Source: Planctomycetota bacterium
GTDB lineage: Bacteria; Planctomycetota; UBA1135
Reading direction: 5' to 3'
DNA length: 64,000 bases
Assembly (NCBI GenBank): GCA_045047305.1
Contig: JASFYO010000021.1
Span: 40,915-104,914, forward strand
The notes beneath the pieces were generated by a model, which did not search any database, was not told the origin of the DNA, and saw only the letters and a list, made by a program, of their open reading frames with translations. This document shows, one piece after another, positions 59,405-64,000 of this stretch. A program made the position numbers and the translations under genes. Each line of letters starts with the position of its first letter. The stretch's first letter is position 1.

Positions 59405-60850
59405 TCAGTCGCGCAGAACGGCGAGCATGGTGCGTGCGATGACACCACGTCCGCCATAACTCATGTAGGAAGTGCTAGGACCATTCCAGGCAGTCGCTGC
59501 AATATCGAGGTGAACCCAAGGAGTGTCTTCGACGAAGAAGGACAGGAAGCTGGCTCCTGCAATCGTGCCAGCGCCTTCGCCGGGATTGTAGATGTTCTGC
59601 AAGTCAGCGTACTTACCACGGGTAAGGTCTCGGTAATCCTCATTCAACGGCAGTTGCCACAATGGCTCGCCGACGCTTTCACCAAGTTCGATCACCCGGT
59701 CAATGCGTTTTTGATCATTTCCGAGAACAGCGCTATGGAGATGCCCCAGCGCATGAATGGCTGCACCAGTTAAGGTCGCCATATCGTAGATGCAATCGGG
59801 CTTGATCTTGCGCGCCGTGTAAGTCAGGCAATCAGCAAGCACCAAGCGGCCTTCTGCATCCGTGTTATGCACTTCGATGGTCATCTTGTTCATCGCAGTG
59901 ACAATATCGCCAGGGCGTTGTGCTTTACTACCAGGCATATTCTCGACACAGCCGAGAATGCCGTGAACCTCATAAGGGCATTCCGCACCTTTCGACAAGG
60001 CATGGAAAACACCTAGCACTGCAGCGGCGCCAGACATGTCAAACTTCATGTCTTCCATTTTGCCGGATGGCTTCAGGGAAATTCCGCCGGTATCAAAGGT
60101 CAAGCCTTTACCGACCAAGGCAATTTTACCCTTCGCCTTGCGGCCAGGTTTGTAAACCATGTGCACAAGCTGTGCTTCATTGGCAGAGCCAATTGAAACG
60201 CCTAGCAAAGAGCCCATACCAAGCTCTTCCATCTTTTTTTCACCCAGAACTTTGCAGCTTAATTTGGGAGAAGTATTGCACACCTTACGCGCACGCTTAG
60301 CGAAGTCCTTTGGATTCAGAATGTTGGCCGGCAAGTTCTGCAAATCGCGAGCAAACAAGTTTGCCATCGCACCATGCATGCCGTTTTTCACAGCAGCCTT
60401 GGTTGCTTTCGAATTTCCAGCACCAACCACCTGGACCTTTTTCACTCCATTTTTACTACGGTCACTCTTGCAAATACCGTGATCATAAGAAGCCATGCCT
60501 GCGCCTTCTGCAGCAGCCAAAGCAAAACTTGCATCATTTGGCAAGGCCGAAAGGTCAACAGAAACAGTGGCCTTCTCGAGCTTTTCAGCTTGAACGCGAG
60601 CTGTTCCAGCAGCATTGCGTACCTGCTCCGCCGTGATCTTTTTCGCCAATGGCAGACGCACAAGCAACCAACGCTTGCCGCCATCACCGCGCAACATCAG
60701 GGAGCTTCCAACTTGATCGGAGAAATCGGCCTTCCATGTACGCGCATCGGGAGCACCTGCAGGAAGGGAAATCTTCGCGCCTTTAGGCACTAAGATGGCG
60801 TGAAGTTCGCTACGGCTTGCTGCCGCGCGGTCAGTTAAGAGAGTACGCAT
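59405..60850 (-). CDS. pepA: Leucyl aminopeptidase (M17)
   Basis: VGKGLTFDTGG.SLK, MKFDM.GAA, NTDAEGRL, ATLTGA, HLDIA. Confidence 0.96.
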   Translation of the reverse strand: MRTLLTDRAAASRSELHAILVPKGAKISLPAGAPDARTWKADFSDQVGSSLMLRGDGGKRWLLVRLPLAKKITAEQVRNAAGTARVQAEKLEKATVSVDLSALPNDASFALAAAEGAGMASYDHGICKSDRSKNGVKKVQVVGAGNSKATKAAVKNGMHGAMANLFARDLQNLPANILNPKDFAKRARKVCNTSPKLSCKVLGEKKMEELGMGSLLGVSIGSANEAQLVHMVYKPGRKAKGKIALVGKGLTFDTGGISLKPSGKMEDMKFDMSGAAAVLGVFHALSKGAECPYEVHGILGCVENMPGSKAQRPGDIVTAMNKMTIEVHNTDAEGRLVLADCLTYTARKIKPDCIYDMATLTGAAIHALGHLHSAVLGNDQKRIDRVIELGESVGEPLWQLPLNEDYRDLTRGKYADLQNIYNPGEGAGTIAGASFLSFFVEDTPWVHLDIAATAWNGPSTSYMSYGGRGVIARTMLAVLRD

Positions 60851-60883
60851 GAGTATTCGAGAGAAATCGAAAGAGAAACCGAC

Positions 60884-62506
60884 TCACATGCCGGTGTAAA
60901 CCGGGCCGCCACCTTCAGGCACTTCCCAGTTAATGTTTTGGTAAGGGTCTGCGATATCGCAGGTCTTACAATGCACACAGTTGGATGCATTGATTTTTAG
61001 CTCCTTGCCCTCCCATTCATACACGGCGGCAGGGCAGAAATGTTGGCATGGGTTGCCGTATTCCTCGGTGCAGCGGTCCGTACAAATGTTTGTATCAAGA
61101 ACGACGAGGTGACATGGTTGATCTTCCTCGTGGACGGTGCCTGAGTGATAGACGTCGGTAAGCTTGTCGAAAATCTGTTCGTTATCGAAAGTTGGCTTAG
61201 CCTGGGTGACGCCACCTTTTTGGTAAAGGTCGTGGTCCGCGATCATTGGCTTTTTGCCGCCGGGAAGTTTGCCGCCAGTCACGGTTGCTAGTCCCACGCC
61301 TATCGAGCCAGACCAAAATCCTTTCTGGAAACCCTGACGGATATTACGCACTTTCCAGAGCTCTTCGTAGGCCCAGCTTGCCTTGAACATGTCATCGATA
61401 ACAGCGAGGTCTGCATCTTGCGCCGGCCCCTCTGGTGTCTTTGCAAGTGCCTCTGCGGCAGCTCCCGCTCCGAGCATGCCGGACTTAATACCGAGGTGAA
61501 TGCCTTTCAGGCGTGCAGCATTCATGTGCCCTGCGCTATCGCCAATCATTAGGAACCCATCGCCATGACACTTAGGCATCGAATACAGACCACCTTCTGG
61601 AACAGTCTTCGCGCCGTAGCGAACCATCTTTCCGCCTTTCAATAAATCTCGCAGCATTGGATGGGTTTTCCACTCCTGCATTTTGGCGTGATAATCAAAG
61701 GCTGCATTTCCATGGTCCATTCCCATGACGAAACCAATCGACAATTTATTATCCGGCAGACCATAAATCCATCCACCACCATAATGCGACTTTTCCAACG
61801 GCCAGCCGCCGGTATGCAAGACAGTGCCTTCAAGATTATGCTCGACTTCCCAGATTTCTTTGATGCCAACTCCCCAAATTTGAGGATTCGCATCTTGCTC
61901 TAGGTTGTCTTCAGCCATCAACTGCTTAGCCAGAGAACCACGGGTGCCTTCCGCTAAGACAGTAAGACGGGCCAAAATATCCATGCCTGGCTGGAAGTTT
62001 GACTTTTCCTTTCCATCTTTATCACGCCCTTGATCCACGGTGCGCACGCCTTTCACAGCGCCAGAATCATCACGCAGGATTTCAGCAGCGGCAAATCCAG
62101 GATAGACCTCAATACCAGCAGTTTCCGCTTTCTCTGCCAACCATTTCACCACCAGATTACCCGAGGTAATCCAGTTGCCATGGTTTTTGAATTGTGGTGG
62201 GCACAAGGCTCCGCGGAAAGTTTTCTTTCCTTCGGCGCTGAGCCACATCATGGCATCGTCTTTGACTAAGGACTGAATCGGAAAACCATCTTCCGCGGCT
62301 AACGGGAACATTTCGAGAATCGCGCGCGGGTCCATCACTGCGCCGCTGAGTTGGTGATGGCCAATTTCCTCCGCCTTATCCAACACCAAAATACCCAACT
62401 CCTCACCGCGGGTTTCTGCTTGGCGGGCCAACTGAATGGCAAAAGCAAGACCAGCTGGCCCAGCACCTACAACTACAACGTCGACTTCGAGGCTTTCTCG
62501 CTCCAT
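60884..62506 (-). CDS. Electron transfer flavoprotein-ubiquinone oxidoreductase
   Basis: GAGPAGL, SGA, G.KE.W, KGIH...KSG, HEEDQPCHL, CPA.VYE, NCVHCKTCDI.DP, GGGP.Y..M. Confidence 0.93.
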   Translation of the reverse strand: MERESLEVDVVVVGAGPAGLAFAIQLARQAETRGEELGILVLDKAEEIGHHQLSGAVMDPRAILEMFPLAAEDGFPIQSLVKDDAMMWLSAEGKKTFRGALCPPQFKNHGNWITSGNLVVKWLAEKAETAGIEVYPGFAAAEILRDDSGAVKGVRTVDQGRDKDGKEKSNFQPGMDILARLTVLAEGTRGSLAKQLMAEDNLEQDANPQIWGVGIKEIWEVEHNLEGTVLHTGGWPLEKSHYGGGWIYGLPDNKLSIGFVMGMDHGNAAFDYHAKMQEWKTHPMLRDLLKGGKMVRYGAKTVPEGGLYSMPKCHGDGFLMIGDSAGHMNAARLKGIHLGIKSGMLGAGAAAEALAKTPEGPAQDADLAVIDDMFKASWAYEELWKVRNIRQGFQKGFWSGSIGVGLATVTGGKLPGGKKPMIADHDLYQKGGVTQAKPTFDNEQIFDKLTDVYHSGTVHEEDQPCHLVVLDTNICTDRCTEEYGNPCQHFCPAAVYEWEGKELKINASNCVHCKTCDIADPYQNINWEVPEGGGPVYTGM

Positions 62507-62533
62507 GGTGCTTCTAGGTTAGCGTTGCGGAAC

Positions 62534-63166
62534 CTAAATAGCCCGTACGAAGGGGTTTGACCGAGCTTCTTCGCCGATGGTTGTGGTCGGTCCATGCCCA
62601 CAGTGCACCACGGTTTCTGGAGCTAGCGTATACAGCTGAGTTTGGATCGAACGAAGCAAGTCTTCAGGATTACTAAATGGAAAATCGGTGCGTCCGATGC
62701 TGCCTTGAAACAGAACATCGCCAGCAATGATTTGATTCCCAATTGGATCATGAAAGACCACATGACCAGGTGTGTGGCCAGGACATGGCAAAACTTCCAA
62801 TGGACAGTTTCCAATTGTTAAATCCATACCTGGGAGGATATCGATGTTGACCTCGGGAACAGATACGGATGGAAAGCCATACATGCGAGCCTGCTCGACC
62901 AAACCTTCGCGGAGGAAATCATCGCCGCGTGGAAACCAAAATGGAATTTGCAAAGCTTGCATCAAATCAGCAGTACCACCAATATGGTCCAGATGGCCGT
63001 GAGTCGCGATCACTTTACTTACCTTGACGCCAAGCTGCTTGATCTTCTGCAAAACAGGGGCAGCGTCGCCGCAATCGCAAACCGCCGCATCTTGGGTCTC
63101 CGTGCACACCAGTAGGGTGCAATTTTGCATGAATGGCGTGACTGGTATTTCGTAGATTTCTAACAT
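62534..63166 (-). CDS. Metallo-beta-lactamase fold hydrolase (glyoxalase II/YcbL-like)
   Basis: THGHLDH, PGHTPG, GD.LF.GSIGRTD, GHG..TTIG.E...NPF. Confidence 0.92.
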   Translation of the reverse strand: MLEIYEIPVTPFMQNCTLLVCTETQDAAVCDCGDAAPVLQKIKQLGVKVSKVIATHGHLDHIGGTADLMQALQIPFWFPRGDDFLREGLVEQARMYGFPSVSVPEVNIDILPGMDLTIGNCPLEVLPCPGHTPGHVVFHDPIGNQIIAGDVLFQGSIGRTDFPFSNPEDLLRSIQTQLYTLAPETVVHCGHGPTTTIGEEARSNPFVRAI

Positions 63167-63170
63167 GATT

Positions 63171-63596
63171 TCAGGATCCTTGACCGCGCCATTCGCTGCC
63201 GTCGACGCACACTTCTTTCTTCCAGATGGGCACTCGCGACTTAAGCTCCGCCATGATGTAGTCAGCTGCGGCGAAAACATCTTTGCGATGTGCTGCAGCA
63301 ATCGCGACTGCTACCGAGCCTTCCCCTACAGCAACGCGCCCCACCGAATGTTCCAGCGCAATCCGCAGAATGGAAAATCGCGCTTGGGTTTCCGCAGCGA
63401 TACTGGCGAATTCCTTGGCGACCATATCAGGGTAAAGCTCATAGTCCAAATGCACCACTTTGCCTAATCGACCGCTGTCGCGCACAGTACCGAAAAAAAC
63501 TAGAGTGCACCCAGCATCAGGGCCTGCAACGCAAGCCTGCGCCCAGCCCCCCTGAACTGGTCCTTCCACAATTCGCATTTGAAAACGCTGACTCAT
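63171..63596 (-). CDS. moaE: Molybdopterin synthase catalytic subunit
   Basis: F.GTVRD, L.YE.Y, H..G....GE, HR, LK..VPIWKKE. Confidence 0.93.
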   Translation of the reverse strand: MSQRFQMRIVEGPVQGGWAQACVAGPDAGCTLVFFGTVRDSGRLGKVVHLDYELYPDMVAKEFASIAAETQARFSILRIALEHSVGRVAVGEGSVAVAIAAAHRKDVFAAADYIMAELKSRVPIWKKEVCVDGSEWRGQGS

Positions 63597-63598
63597 GC

Positions 63599-63838
63599 TT
63601 AACCTCCAGAAACGGGAGGTAGAAAAGCAATTTCTGCATTTTCCGGGATGGTTGCTTCATCATCGACGTATGCCGAATTGACTGCCACGCGAAAGGTTGC
63701 TGTTTGCAATGCGGGGGAAACTGCCTGGGCGACGTCCTTAAGTGTGGCTACCGTACTAAGGGCAGGTAGCTCCACAAGTAAAAAGCTGGAGCCACAGGCA
63801 TCTGCAAGTCCTGCGAAAAGAAGAATGCGCAGGTTCAT
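63599..63838 (-). CDS. moaD: Molybdopterin synthase sulfur carrier
   Basis: LFA.L, AVN, C-terminal PPVSGG. Confidence 0.92.
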   Translation of the reverse strand: MNLRILLFAGLADACGSSFLLVELPALSTVATLKDVAQAVSPALQTATFRVAVNSAYVDDEATIPENAEIAFLPPVSGG

Positions 63839-63853
63839 GATTCCCAAACCGGG

Positions 63854-64000
63854 TTAGAAGGGGACGTCGTCCGGTAGTCCGCCAGCGGATGGCGCGTTAC
63901 CGAAGTCGGATGGGCCAGGAAACTCCGGAGCATTCCCTGCAGGCTGTTGGGGTTGCTGCTGTTGTTGGTAACCACCACCTTGCTGTTGATAGCCACCGGC
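63854..64000 (-). CDS. ssb: Single-stranded DNA-binding protein, C-terminal tail (5' part outside window)
   Basis: Hand translation AGGYQQQGGGYQQQQQPQQPAGNAPEFPGPSDFGNAPSAGGLPDDVPF*: G/Q/P linker plus acidic DDVPF tip. Confidence 0.85.
   Translation of the reverse strand, partial: AGGYQQQGGGYQQQQQPQQPAGNAPEFPGPSDFGNAPSAGGLPDDVPF

Noticed and set aside
59227..59773. Small ORFs in the gltA-pepA gap
   Set aside because: They run through the pepA terminator or antisense into pepA and have no protein-like features

Overview
Gene-dense bacterial core-chromosome window with many 1-4 nt start/stop overlaps. Gene content and protein styles suggest a Planctomycetota/PVC-type Gram-negative, which is inference. 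Left to right: a Gld-like ABC operon (DUF4340-like/GldG/GldF/GldA-like); dnaK preceded by a near-consensus sigma54 -24/-12 promoter; a sigma54 enhancer-binding response regulator with a sensor-less histidine kinase; a TsaC/Sua5-LMW phosphatase fusion; a stand-alone PTS EIIA; and a type II secretion cluster gspD-E-F-G-H-I-J. Then serS, a large secreted unknown protein, rhomboid, folD, prenyl synthase, mobA, a TatA with a lipoprotein-like leader, sucCD, rpmH (missed by the ORF track), pyk, mdh, an mnmA-vWA-Zn-finger/HEAT operon, yajC and YraN. A long minus-strand run follows (dksA-like, lspA, pyrD, secA, waaA, metK, ahcY, orphan pilin, miaB, ribD, HExxH lipoprotein). The right end holds xerD, uvrC/uvrB, a Zn-ribbon/Pro-Lys-Ala-rich membrane protein, a NIL protein, tRNA-Cys, DUF423, a short-variable-arm tRNA-Leu(UAA), citrate synthase, a candidate structured RNA, pepA, ETF-QO, an MBL hydrolase, moaE/moaD and the ssb 3' end. 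I saw no CRISPR array, rRNA, prophage or IS element. The best candidate for an undescribed system is a sigma54-dependent dnaK control module with adjacent phospho-signalling genes (about 4.3-10 kb). All family assignments come from motif recognition by eye, and no database searches were run.
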